Shown: positions 39,458 to 49,025 of the stretch, piece by piece
Layout of the letters: each line of letters starts with the position of its first letter
Numbering within the stretch: the stretch's first letter is position 1
Assembly: GCA_964588955.1 (NCBI GenBank)
Contig: CAZPQJ010000001.1
Location: 10,155 to 74,154 of the forward strand
Length of the DNA stretch: 64,000 nucleotides
Direction: 5' to 3'
Source of the DNA: an uncultured Gammaproteobacteria bacterium
GTDB taxonomy: Bacteria > Patescibacteriota > Patescibacteriia > UBA9934 > CAMTUG01
The notes under the pieces: generated by a model
What the model was told of the DNA's origin: nothing
The model's database searches: none
What the model saw: the letters and a program-made list of their open reading frames with translations, nothing else
Translations under genes and position numbers: made by a program

Positions 39458-41869
39458 ATGTCCTACAACCACAAACACCTCGAACAAAAATGGCAGGAGC
39501 GTTGGGAGCAAGACCAACCCTGGCGGGCGGAAGACGATTCCACGAAGCCGAAGTTTTATTGTTTGATTGAGTTCCCTTATCCATCAGGCGCGGGTTTGCA
39601 CGTTGGACACCCCCGCAGTTATTCGGCGCTTGATGCTGTATGCCGCAAACGTCGTATGGAGGGGTTCAACGTTCTGTATCCAATTGGTTGGGATGCCTTC
39701 GGATTGCCAACGGAAAATTACGCCATCAAAACCGGTCGAAAGCCGCAGGAAATCACCCAAGAAAATACCGATACCTTTCGACGTCAATTAAAAGCCCTCG
39801 GTTTGTCGTTTGATTGGTCACGCGAGGTCAACACCACGGATCCCGCCTATTACAAATGGACGCAGTGGATGTTTTTAGAATTTTTCAAGGCCGGTCTTGC
39901 CTACAAAGCTAAGACGATGATCAACTGGTGCCCTAAAGATAAAATTGGTTTGGCGAATGAAGAAGCGGCCGGGGGAGTCTGCGACCGCTGCGGCGGCGCG
40001 GTAGAGAAGCGCGAGAAAGAACAGTGGATGATCGCCATCACCAAATATGCTGATCGATTACTCAGCGATCTCGACACAGTCAACTATCTGCCCAAAATCA
40101 AAAAGCAGCAGGCTGATTGGATTGGCAAATCTGTAGGAATCAACATCACGTATAAGGTTGAGGGTCTCGATAAGTCCATTACCGTTTTTACCACGCGTCC
40201 AGACACCAACTTTGGGGCAACGTTCGTGGCTGCGGCGCCGGATGGGCAGTTTGTGCGTGACAACATCGATCAGTTTCCACAAAAAGATGCCGTCGCCAAG
40301 TACGTCGCTGAAGCGGCTAAGAAGACAGATGCCGATCGCATGGCCGAAGGTCGAAAAAAGACTGGGGTGTTTACGGGGCTCTATGCCATCAATCAACTCA
40401 CTAATCGCAAGATGCCTATTTGGGTGGCCGATTTTGCTTTAGGGAATGTTGGTACAGGAGCGCTGGTCGGCGTGCCAGGACACGATGTGCGTGACTTTGA
40501 ATTTGCCACTGCGTTTGGGTTGGAGATTGTGCGTGTTGTTGTTGGTTCCGATGGGGACACGTCGCCGATTGGACGTGTCGAACAAGTACAAGAAGAAAAG
40601 GGAACCATGATCAATAGTGGTTTTCTTGATGGGTTAAATATTCACGTTGCCACAGAAACGATCATGGATCATTTGGAAGAGGCTGGTTGGGGCAAACGGA
40701 CGGTGAGCTACAAACTCCGCGATTGGGTTTTTTCACGCCAGCGTTATTGGGGCGAACCAATCCCTCTTGTGCACTGCGAGGATCATGGCTGGGTTGCTAT
40801 TCCCGATGACCAGCTCCCATTGAAACTTCCAGAGGTTGAAAAGTACGAACCGACAGACAATGGTGAGTCGCCACTCGCGACGATTAGCGATTGGGTCAAC
40901 ACACAATGCCCTACGTGTGGCAGACCGGCCAAGCGTGAAACAGACACCATGCCGAACTGGGCCGGATCGAGCTGGTACTTTTTGCGCTACCTTGATCCTA
41001 AAAACGAAATGCAATTTGCTTCGCCGGAAAAATTGAAGCATTGGATGCCGGTGGATTTGTACAATGGCGGGATGGAGCACACCACGTTGCATTTGTTGTA
41101 TTCACGTTTTTGGAATAAGTTTTTGTTTGATCGCGGACTGGTGCCAACGAGTGAACCCTACGCGCGGCGCCACAGTCATGGTTTGGTGATGGCAGAGGAT
41201 GGTACTAAAATGAGCAAGTCCAAAGGCAACGTCATTAATCCAGATGAGATCGTTGATCAATATGGTGCCGACGCCTTGCGCACATACATCATGTTCATGG
41301 GGCCGTTTGAGGAACCGGTACCATGGAGTACGAATGGTCTTATTGGCGTACGCCGGTTTTTGGATAAGGTGATGGCCTTGAGCGACAAGATTGTCCCTAC
41401 CGCTTCCGACGAAGTCGTCCGCATGGTGCATAAAACAATAAAAAAAGTTGGCGAGGACATAGAGGTGATGAAGTTTAACACCGCCATTGCTCAGCTCATG
41501 ATCTGCGTAAATACGATGCAAGAGGCTGGCGGTGTCAGTTCAGAGTTCTTTAATATGTTCTTGAAAGTGCTGTTTCCTTTTGCTCCGCACTTGGCGAGCG
41601 AACTGTGGGAGAAGCTTGGTCACACCAAGTTGCTTGATGCCGAGCGCTGGCCGTCGTTCGACGCGGCGCTGGTTGTTGATGATCTGGTTGCCGTGTCGGT
41701 GCAAGTGATGGGCAAATTGCGTGGAACGATTCAAGCTCCACCAAACGCCAGTCAGGGAGATGTTGAGGCCATGGCCAAAGTCGATCCCAACGTTGCCAAG
41801 TACTTGGAAGGTCAGGCAATCAAAAAAGTGATTTACATTCCCGGGAGAACGATTAACTTCGTCATATAA
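39458..41869 (+). CDS. leuS: leucyl-tRNA synthetase
   Basis: 803 aa; HVGH (HIGH) and KMSKS motifs, CP1 editing domain. Confidence 0.95.
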   Translation: MSYNHKHLEQKWQERWEQDQPWRAEDDSTKPKFYCLIEFPYPSGAGLHVGHPRSYSALDAVCRKRRMEGFNVLYPIGWDAFGLPTENYAIKTGRKPQEITQENTDTFRRQLKALGLSFDWSREVNTTDPAYYKWTQWMFLEFFKAGLAYKAKTMINWCPKDKIGLANEEAAGGVCDRCGGAVEKREKEQWMIAITKYADRLLSDLDTVNYLPKIKKQQADWIGKSVGINITYKVEGLDKSITVFTTRPDTNFGATFVAAAPDGQFVRDNIDQFPQKDAVAKYVAEAAKKTDADRMAEGRKKTGVFTGLYAINQLTNRKMPIWVADFALGNVGTGALVGVPGHDVRDFEFATAFGLEIVRVVVGSDGDTSPIGRVEQVQEEKGTMINSGFLDGLNIHVATETIMDHLEEAGWGKRTVSYKLRDWVFSRQRYWGEPIPLVHCEDHGWVAIPDDQLPLKLPEVEKYEPTDNGESPLATISDWVNTQCPTCGRPAKRETDTMPNWAGSSWYFLRYLDPKNEMQFASPEKLKHWMPVDLYNGGMEHTTLHLLYSRFWNKFLFDRGLVPTSEPYARRHSHGLVMAEDGTKMSKSKGNVINPDEIVDQYGADALRTYIMFMGPFEEPVPWSTNGLIGVRRFLDKVMALSDKIVPTASDEVVRMVHKTIKKVGEDIEVMKFNTAIAQLMICVNTMQEAGGVSSEFFNMFLKVLFPFAPHLASELWEKLGHTKLLDAERWPSFDAALVVDDLVAVSVQVMGKLRGTIQAPPNASQGDVEAMAKVDPNVAKYLEGQAIKKVIYIPGRTINFVI

Positions 41870-42001
41870 AATTCGAAATACGAAATACGAAATCTCAAAC
41901 AAAGGGGAAAGAGAAAAAAGGGAAAGGCAAAAGTCGGTTTTTCGTTTTAGGATTTCGAATTTAGAATTTGTTTCGGATTTGAGATTTCGAATTTCGGATT
42001 T

Positions 42002-43255
42002 ATGAAACTCGTCGTTGTTGGAACAGGATACGTTGGTCTTGCCTGCGTCGGATTTACCGACTGGGGGCACACGGTGGTTGGGGTAGACATCGACGCCCAA
42101 AAAATCGAACAAATCAATCGAGGTGTGCTGCCGATTGTCGAGCCTGGATTGCCGGAGCTCATCGACAAAGCCACGGCTTCGGGACTTTTGTCGTTTACGA
42201 CCGATCTTGCTTCTGCCGTGAAAGACGCTGACGTTTGTTTTATTTGCGTCGGTACTCCGTCACTTGCCGACGGCAGCGCGGACTTGCAATATGTGGAAGC
42301 GGCGGTGGCTTCGGTGCGCACGGTGATGGATCCATCGACGGCGCTGGTTATTAAAAGTACCGTGCCAGTTGGTACATGCGAGCGACTCGGCTGCGCATCA
42401 AACCCTGAGTTTTTGCGCGAGGGGAGAGCCTTGCAGGATTTTTTGCATCCAGATCGTGTTGTTATTGGATCAAACGATCAAGCGACGATCGATGCATTGC
42501 TTAAATTGTATGCCTCGGCCGACGCGCCTAAATTGACGATGGCGCCAGCATCTTCGGAACTCACCAAGTACGCTGCCAACGGATTTTTGGCTACCAAGAT
42601 TTCGTTTGTCAACGAGATCGCGGCGATTGCCGAGAAGGTGGGTGCGGACATTCGTGATGTTACGAAAGCGATCGGACTTGACCCGCGGATCGGTCCACAC
42701 TTTTTGCGCGCCGGCATTGGCTATGGCGGTTCGTGCTTTCCCAAAGACACGGAGGCGCTCATGAAGATTGCTGGGCTTAACGAAGTTGATTTTGAAATGT
42801 TGCGTGCGGCGAGTGTTGCCAACGACCGAGCGCGTGAGCGGTTTGTCGACAAAGTTGTGTCTTCTCTCCCCCTTACCGGCAAGGGGGGGTTGGAGGGGGT
42901 CAAACTCGCCGTCTGGGGACTTGCTTTCAAAGCGCAAACCGACGACGTGCGTAAGTCCGCAGCGATAGATGTGATCGAACTTTTGCTTGTTAGAGGTGCT
43001 TCGGTCACCGCCTTCGATCCAGAGGCGATGGAGAACGCAAAAACTATCTTCGGCGATCGTGTGGTCTACGCCACTTCGGCACGTGACGCACTGACAGACG
43101 CTTCAGCCGTGCTCGTGCTCACCGAATGGTCAGAGTTCGCGGAGGCGGCTAAACAGATTCCGCCGACGATGAAGATTTTTGACGGTCGTAACCTGCTCGC
43201 GGATTTGCATTTGCCAAACTATGTCGGTGTGGGCTTGGGTCAGGCGCATTCCTAA
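42002..43255 (+). CDS. ugd: UDP-glucose/GDP-mannose dehydrogenase family (nucleotide-sugar 6-dehydrogenase)
   Basis: 417 aa; N-terminal GTGYVGL NAD-binding site, catalytic GGSCFPKD Cys motif. Confidence 0.85.
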   Translation: MKLVVVGTGYVGLACVGFTDWGHTVVGVDIDAQKIEQINRGVLPIVEPGLPELIDKATASGLLSFTTDLASAVKDADVCFICVGTPSLADGSADLQYVEAAVASVRTVMDPSTALVIKSTVPVGTCERLGCASNPEFLREGRALQDFLHPDRVVIGSNDQATIDALLKLYASADAPKLTMAPASSELTKYAANGFLATKISFVNEIAAIAEKVGADIRDVTKAIGLDPRIGPHFLRAGIGYGGSCFPKDTEALMKIAGLNEVDFEMLRAASVANDRARERFVDKVVSSLPLTGKGGLEGVKLAVWGLAFKAQTDDVRKSAAIDVIELLLVRGASVTAFDPEAMENAKTIFGDRVVYATSARDALTDASAVLVLTEWSEFAEAAKQIPPTMKIFDGRNLLADLHLPNYVGVGLGQAHS

Positions 43256-44633
43256 ACAGCTCGGGTTGCACACGCGACACCCTTCTTGGCAGTTGAGTTT
43301 TGTTTTACTCGCTTTTTTGCTGGGCATTGGTATCCATTCGTGGATCGTGACGCCGTTGCCATTTTTCCCCATGCTCACCGCCGCGCTTGGCGCGCTCACC
43401 GCGGCAGTATTTTTGCTCGGCCATCATCGCCTCGCTCTCGTGGCGTTTATGATCAGCGCTTGTCTTTTTGGTCTTGCGCGTTACGCGGTGAGTTTTCCGA
43501 GCCAAGGCGCGGACTCCATCGCGGGTGCCATCGGATCGGAAGTGCGTCTTGATGGCACGATCGTCAACGATCCGTCATCTGCCGAAGAACGTCAGGAAGT
43601 GATTTTAGATTACATCAGCGTCAACGACGCTCCGCGACAAAACAAGATCGTTGCCTACTTTGCCCGTTATCCTGATTTGTCGTATGGCTGGCGGCTGTCG
43701 TTTCGTTGTCGGCTAGAGGAACCAAAAGCCATCGAAGGCTTCGACTATCCGCGTTATCTGTTGAAAGACGGTATTGTCGCCATCTGTTTTTCCGGCGATG
43801 AACCCATGGTCGTTTCTCGCGCGGCGGATCATCCTGTCCGTGCCGTTTTGTACGCCTTGCGAGATACGATTGAAGCGTTGTTCCATCGTGCCTTGCCAGA
43901 ACCGGCCGCCAGCATCTCCGCTGGCTTGCTGCTCGGCATCAAAACGCTTCCGGAAAAACTCGACGCCATCTTTCGCGCCGTTGGTGTCAGTCATATTTTC
44001 GCTGCCTCGGGGTCGAATGTTGCCATGGTGTTGATGGTGTTCGCGAGCGCTCTTTCTTATGTGGTTCGTCGGCAAAAAGCTTTTTGGATGCTGCTGCTTT
44101 TAACTGGCGTCTATGTTGTTTTAGCGGGCGCGGAAGCGGCCGTAGTGCGAGCGGGGATTATGGCTGCCGCCGTGCTCATTGCCACTCACACGGGCCGAGC
44201 AACCACGCCGCGCAATCTTATTTTGCTTGCCGCCGCCTTAATGCTCGCCGCAAACCCACGACTGTTGCGCGACGATGTTGGCTTTCAACTATCCGTTCTC
44301 GCTACATCGGGCATGGCCTTGCTTTCCAAGCCCGTTGGTGAGCGCTTGGAGTTTCTCCCTCAAGCATTTGGCGTGCGTGAAGCGCTGGCCACCACCATCT
44401 CCGCGAGCATCTTTACTTTGCCGATTATGATCCTCAACTTCCACCAGTTCAGTCTTGTTTCCCCCATCGCCAATCTGTTGATTCTCCCTCTCGTTCCCTA
44501 CGCTATGGTTTTTTCAACCGTGGCCGCCGCCTTGGTAGCTGTTGTGCCAGCAGCGGGAATCGCGGTCGGCGGACTAGCTTGGGGAGTAGAACGTCTGATT
44601 GTGATAATTGCCACCGCTCTTGCCGCCTTATGA
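43179..44633 (+). CDS. comEC: ComEC/Rec2 competence channel (membrane domain portion)
   Basis: Polytopic membrane protein with DUF4131-like N-terminus and competence-domain TM helices; start uncertain (43221 or 43371 are alternatives); stop overlaps the next ORF. Confidence 0.75.
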   Translation: MTVVTCSRICICQTMSVWAWVRRIPKQLGLHTRHPSWQLSFVLLAFLLGIGIHSWIVTPLPFFPMLTAALGALTAAVFLLGHHRLALVAFMISACLFGLARYAVSFPSQGADSIAGAIGSEVRLDGTIVNDPSSAEERQEVILDYISVNDAPRQNKIVAYFARYPDLSYGWRLSFRCRLEEPKAIEGFDYPRYLLKDGIVAICFSGDEPMVVSRAADHPVRAVLYALRDTIEALFHRALPEPAASISAGLLLGIKTLPEKLDAIFRAVGVSHIFAASGSNVAMVLMVFASALSYVVRRQKAFWMLLLLTGVYVVLAGAEAAVVRAGIMAAAVLIATHTGRATTPRNLILLAAALMLAANPRLLRDDVGFQLSVLATSGMALLSKPVGERLEFLPQAFGVREALATTISASIFTLPIMILNFHQFSLVSPIANLLILPLVPYAMVFSTVAAALVAVVPAAGIAVGGLAWGVERLIVIIATALAAL

Positions 44634-45499
44634 AACACGAGAAACAGCTCGGTGTTGCGGGCACGCTCATCATCACTGCTGCGTTGGTGGTGTTTAGCTG
44701 GCTGCAGGCGGGGCACGCTATTGGTTCACCGCGATTGATCGTGTGGTTTTTTGATGTGGGTCAGGGCGACGCCATTTTTATTGAAAGTCCTACCGGGCAC
44801 CAAGTGCTGATTGATGGTGGACCAAACGATGCTGTGTTGGAAAAGCTTTCCGACGTGATGCCCTTTTGGGATCGTTCGATTGATGACGTCATTAACACCC
44901 ATCCGCATGCCGATCACTTAGACGGTCTGGTTGATGTTGTTGATCGCTACGCGGTTAGTCGTGTTTATCAAACTGGTATCGAATATTACACCCCACTACG
45001 TCCAGAGTTTAATCAACGCACGAGTGATGGGGAAGAGTTGATAGATGTATTGCAACCGACGGATCTCGATCTCGGCGGTGGGGTCGTATTGCACATCATC
45101 TATCCGACGTCGTCATTTGTTGGACAAAAAGTTGACGACCCGAATCAAACATCGATTGTTGCGTTACTCACCTATGGTGACACGTCTGTGTTACTAACGG
45201 GGGACACCACCGCAGAGAACGAACCAGAACTTCAATCACTGCTCACCGATCCTGTCGACGTGCTCAAAGTGGCTCACCATGGCAGTGCCTATTCTTCTAC
45301 CATGCCTTTTTTGCAAACCATCCATCCCCGCTACGCCATCATCTCCTGCGGCGTTAACAATGATTATGGCCATCCCGCCTCGTCTACCTTGGAGCGCCTT
45401 CGAGCCATCGGCGCGCAAACCTTTCGTACAGATTTACAAGGCGATATTCGTTTGATTTCTGATGGGGGAGAGCCGCAGCTGCTTGCGATCCCGCTTTAG
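44630..45499 (+). CDS. ComEC C-terminal metallo-beta-lactamase domain encoded as a separate ORF
   Basis: HPHADHLDG motif (HxHxDH); start ATG overlaps the comEC stop (ATGA). Confidence 0.75.
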   Translation: MKHEKQLGVAGTLIITAALVVFSWLQAGHAIGSPRLIVWFFDVGQGDAIFIESPTGHQVLIDGGPNDAVLEKLSDVMPFWDRSIDDVINTHPHADHLDGLVDVVDRYAVSRVYQTGIEYYTPLRPEFNQRTSDGEELIDVLQPTDLDLGGGVVLHIIYPTSSFVGQKVDDPNQTSIVALLTYGDTSVLLTGDTTAENEPELQSLLTDPVDVLKVAHHGSAYSSTMPFLQTIHPRYAIISCGVNNDYGHPASSTLERLRAIGAQTFRTDLQGDIRLISDGGEPQLLAIPL

Positions 45500-45577
45500 A
45501 GCCCGTTTTCTGGTCGAGCGGCGATCTTGACGAAGAAGCACGAGACTGCTAGGATTAGCCCAATAAAATTTTGTCCT

Positions 45578-46036
45578 ATGGCTCAGACACAGCGCACCCT
45601 CATTTTAATCAAGCCAGACGCGCTCCAGCGCGATTTGGTCGGCGAGATCGTTCACCGTTTTGAGCGTAAAGGGCTCAAAATTGTTGCCATGAAAATGATT
45701 CAGCTTGGCGACGCGGTTTTGGACGTCCACTACGCTCATTTGGCCGATAAACCGTTCTTCCCAGGCTTGAAGGACTTCATGATGTCTTCACCAGTCATTG
45801 CTATGGTGCTGGAAGGTGTGGAGGCCGTTGGAGCTGTGCGCTTGATTTTGGGTCCCACCAAAGCCTACGAAGCCGATGCCGGATCGATTCGCGGCGACTT
45901 GGCCATTGCCGTGGCTTCCAACCTGGTGCACGCTTCCGATTCTGCGGAGTCGGCGGTAGCAGAAATTGATCGATTCTTCGCGCCAAACGAGCTGTTTGCC
46001 TACGAGAAAATCACCGACAAGTTGTTCAACGACTAA
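45578..46036 (+). CDS. ndk: nucleoside diphosphate kinase
   Basis: Start refined to MAQTQRTLILIKPDA; NDK active-site His region (VHASDS). Confidence 0.9.
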   Translation: MAQTQRTLILIKPDALQRDLVGEIVHRFERKGLKIVAMKMIQLGDAVLDVHYAHLADKPFFPGLKDFMMSSPVIAMVLEGVEAVGAVRLILGPTKAYEADAGSIRGDLAIAVASNLVHASDSAESAVAEIDRFFAPNELFAYEKITDKLFND

Positions 46037-46057
46037 TCGACATATCCACACGTCGAT

Positions 46058-46262
46058 TTGACGGTAAAATAGCGCGACCGTATCATAGACTCCGTTATGA
46101 AATCACAAGCCTGGCACACCTTTACGCTTACGACCCGCGCAATTGATTGCGTCGATTTTGCGCTTCCGTATGCGTTAGCGATGGCCAGGATGGGACACTA
46201 AGGTTTCTTAGATCAATTCCAACCGACCATCGCTCGAGAAGAGTGGTGGTCGGTTTCGTTTC
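46058..46262 (+). promoter_or_regulatory. promoter plus leader L0: TTGACG-17-TATCAT, 34-codon upstream ORF (46097..46201), hairpin plus T-rich tract
   Basis: ATGAAATCA start 10 nt after the -10; peptide MKSQAWHTFTLTTRAIDCVDFALPYALAMARMGH; hairpin CCGACCA...TGGTCGG at 46223..46253 followed by TTTCGTTTCG. Confidence 0.45.
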
Positions 46263-46323
46263 GTGGTCGGATTCTGTGGCGAAGGTTGTTGCCGTAGACT
46301 CCGCCCTCTAAACCCAGGGTGGA

Positions 46324-46530
46324 ATGGAGCTGTCGATGACGAATGGTGATCGCACCGCCCCGACGACGGGCACGAACTCCACTTTCCGCTGCGCCGCCCT
46401 GCGTAGTCTTTCCGATGTGATGTTGGGTGACCCGCCGACCCAGCCGCTGCCGGCGCTTCAGCCGCCGCTCGATCGACACATGGTCGGTGTCTGCTGCACC
46501 CCCAATCCGCCCAACCGGCACCGTCTCTAG
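46324..46530 (+). CDS. small high-GC hypothetical protein (sORF1), Pro-rich C-terminus
   Basis: 68 aa; GC3-rich; GGGTGGA just upstream of ATG; followed by a hairpin (46562..46590) homologous to the one after sORF2. Confidence 0.4.
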   Translation: MELSMTNGDRTAPTTGTNSTFRCAALRSLSDVMLGDPPTQPLPALQPPLDRHMVGVCCTPNPPNRHRL

Positions 46531-46665
46531 TCTCTGTTCTTTCCTTCGTTTTCTTCCCGCGCCGGCTCGTCGAGTTTCTCTCCGAGCCGGCCGACCACAC
46601 CTTTGCGACGTGTAACTGTGGATCGGAATCCTCCGATTCATTGAACCCACCGCAGAGGATTCCCC

Positions 46666-47139
46666 ATGCCGAAGTCTCAGCGCCGATACGACTCTCTCGT
46701 GTTTGTGGACGTCTCGTGGTGCGACCCGGACCGTCGCCGTGGACCGAACCGCCTGACCATTTCCCAGAAGGTCGCGGACGAGCTCGGTTTCAGCGCTGGG
46801 TGTACGGTCGTACTGCGTGTCTACACCAGCATGCCTACGAAGACCACTGTCATCCGTCCGTTCCCCGCCTACGATCTCCTGGGCTCATGCCAGGTTGTGG
46901 TCAAGGAACAGATCGATCGCCCGAGGCTTGCTGGGGAGCTTTTGTCCAAAGCCAAGGAACAGGGTGGTGTCATCGTTTCTGCCGTCAGGGTGCGAGACAA
47001 GGGTCGCATCATCTGCTACAGGCACAACGATCAGAAGTTGACGCGTTCCGGAATCAATTCCGTTTCCGTCAGTCGTGCCAACGCCGCCAACGTCGACGAA
47101 AACACGGACAGCTTCGTCCCCATCCCACAGACCGCCTAG
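46666..47139 (+). CDS. small high-GC hypothetical protein (sORF2), possibly with AbrB/SpoVT-like swapped-hairpin segments
   Basis: 157 aa; GAGGA RBS 8 nt upstream; GC3-rich; NRLTISQKVADELGFSAGCTVVLRV resembles a looped-hinge DNA-binding motif (weak, by eye); terminator hairpin at 47162..47192. Confidence 0.5.
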   Translation: MPKSQRRYDSLVFVDVSWCDPDRRRGPNRLTISQKVADELGFSAGCTVVLRVYTSMPTKTTVIRPFPAYDLLGSCQVVVKEQIDRPRLAGELLSKAKEQGGVIVSAVRVRDKGRIICYRHNDQKLTRSGINSVSVSRANAANVDENTDSFVPIPQTA

Positions 47140-47204
47140 TTCGCTCCTTCTTCTTCCTCGTGACTGGCTCGTGAGTTCTCTCCGAGCCAGTCCAGCCCCT
47201 TTTA

Positions 47205-47436
47205 TTGACAATTATTGACCAGTTTTGTATCCTCAACCCATCGCTATGAAATCAATTGCCTTGTACTTTAGCCTCGGCTTTAGCGGGTTTACTCCCGGGG
47301 CGGTTGATGTTGCATAGAAGCTAGATTCTTTGAACATCAGGCCGCCGCAAGGGCGGTTTTTTGGTTGCTGATTTGATCAAGACTTGTCCGAACAAGTCTT
47401 GCAGAGTCTACAACCTTCCGTGCCTCAGGGGTTCCC
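47205..47436 (+). promoter_or_regulatory. promoter plus leader L1 for ATP-grasp 1
   Basis: TTGACA(47205)-N4-TTGACC, 17-nt spacer, TATCCT(47228); uORF 47246..47317 (MKSIALYFSLGFSGFTPGAVDVA); hairpin CCGCC-GCAAG-GGCGG plus T6 (47343..47362); second perfect 9-bp-stem hairpin 47378..47401. Confidence 0.55.
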
Positions 47437-48711
47437 ATGAACGACGATCGCGACGCTGTCTCCTGTTCCGTCGTAGCTGCCAGCGCGTCGACTGCCACCG
47501 TGCGCAAGCCCGTCTGCTGGGCGCATCTGACCGGCGACGTCTGCGACTTCGACACCGGGCATGGTCCGATTCTCTCCGCCCTCTCGGTGCGAGCCCTCCC
47601 GCTCGCTCGCAAGGGCGACATCGTCATCCTGCCCGCGCCTGGCGAGATTCCGCAAGATCTCGGCTACCACCAGAGCTTCGCTCTCGGTCCTGACCCGTTC
47701 GACGTCCACTGGGCGGATCTCACCGGCCACGAGGAGGGGCGTGTCACCGAAGGTCTTCCGATCACGAAGGGAATGTGCATCGACGTCATGTCGGGCACCT
47801 CCCGCGACGTGCGCAAGATCGCCGAACATTACGGCGCTCGGGTCGTTGCTCCGGATCTCGATGTTTGTCGGAATGCCAATTCCAAGAGTTGGCAGCAGGA
47901 GCTCGTGATCAAGATCGGAGGAGTTCCGATCCCTCTCGGCGGTTCCGTTCTCAACGTTGAGGAGGCACGTCGAGTGGTCGATGAACTGCGCACCGCCGGC
48001 TACCCTGTCGTGCGCTTCAAGCCGAAGAACTCGGCCAGTGGCATCGGACAGGTAGTCATCGGCGGCAACTTCGAAAGCTACGGTGACCTCATGTACCCCG
48101 GCGTCGTGCAGGCGCAGATCAACGTTGTGTCCTGCCACAGCGTGCAATTCTTCGTGAACGCTCGGCACCTCGCCGAGTTGGTGCACGAAGGGCCGAAGGC
48201 TCAGGTCTTTGAGGTCATCGATCAGATTGTCGATGGCAACGGCGGCTACGAAGGCTCGGTCTATCCGTCGATGCTGATCGACGATGAGAAGAATCGTCTG
48301 CAGACCATGGCCTGGCGTATCGTCAGTCGTCTGGCCGTGGAAGGATTCAACGGTTACGGCTCGGTCGACTTCATGCGCGATACGAGCGGCAACTTCTGGT
48401 TCGCCGAGGTCAACGGCAGGAAGACCGCTACCTACTACGCGGCGATGATCTCCCGCCGGATCTTCGGCAAGGTCGTGCCGTTCGTCCTGCGTTCTTTCCG
48501 CTTCCCCAAGCACATGCCCTTCCCGGCCTTCGGGAAGCACATGGGTGCCTGGATGTTGCGCCCGGGATCGAGCGAGGGGTTCTTCCCCTTCGCCTACCTG
48601 CCGCGCTTCGGCTTCAGCTACGGCGTGACTTTCAGCCCTGATGCCGAGAAGGTTCGGCGTCTCGACGCCCAGGTTCGCCTCAATATGGCGCCGCTCACGC
48701 GTAGCGCCTGA
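47437..48711 (+). CDS. ATP-grasp superfamily ligase, paralog 1 (subfamily A)
   Basis: 424 aa; flexible-loop motif FKPKNSASGIGQVV (K-P-x-x-x-S-x-G-x-G) and FWFAEVNGRKTA (E-V-N-x-R); N-terminal pre-ATP-grasp-like region; ANSKSW motif shared with paralog 3; GC about 65%. Confidence 0.7.
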   Translation: MNDDRDAVSCSVVAASASTATVRKPVCWAHLTGDVCDFDTGHGPILSALSVRALPLARKGDIVILPAPGEIPQDLGYHQSFALGPDPFDVHWADLTGHEEGRVTEGLPITKGMCIDVMSGTSRDVRKIAEHYGARVVAPDLDVCRNANSKSWQQELVIKIGGVPIPLGGSVLNVEEARRVVDELRTAGYPVVRFKPKNSASGIGQVVIGGNFESYGDLMYPGVVQAQINVVSCHSVQFFVNARHLAELVHEGPKAQVFEVIDQIVDGNGGYEGSVYPSMLIDDEKNRLQTMAWRIVSRLAVEGFNGYGSVDFMRDTSGNFWFAEVNGRKTATYYAAMISRRIFGKVVPFVLRSFRFPKHMPFPAFGKHMGAWMLRPGSSEGFFPFAYLPRFGFSYGVTFSPDAEKVRRLDAQVRLNMAPLTRSA

Positions 48712-48763
48712 GCGCTACTTCAACCGCCGGCCGGGGTACACCCTCGGCCGGCATCATCTTTAT

Positions 48764-49025
48764 TTGACAACTCTTGATCTACTCTTTACGATAAGGATAA
48801 AGCTATGTCATCAATGAATTTCAGCATCGACGTTTCTGAATCGTTGTCTTCAACGCCAAAGGTTGTTGCCGGTTTGCTTTTGAACCTCGACCTTCTTCCT
48901 TAGGGTCGCCTGGTTCCTTGTTACATCATGGAGTTGGACGACCCGATTGAATGGGTCGTTTTTGTTTGTCTGTGCTGTTGACTAGGGGTCTGAATGATCA
49001 GATCTCTTGAAACAGCGGAGTCAAC
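48764..49025 (+). promoter_or_regulatory. promoter plus leader L2 for ATP-grasp 2
   Basis: TTGACA(48764)-N4-TTGATC, 17-nt spacer, TACGAT(48787); AAGGA RBS then uORF 48805..48903 (MSSMNFSIDVSESLSSTPKVVAGLLLNLDLLP); hairpin ACGACCC-GATTGAAT-GGGTCGT plus T5 (48939..48964); long-range stem GTTGACT...AGTCAAC abutting the start codon. Confidence 0.55.
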
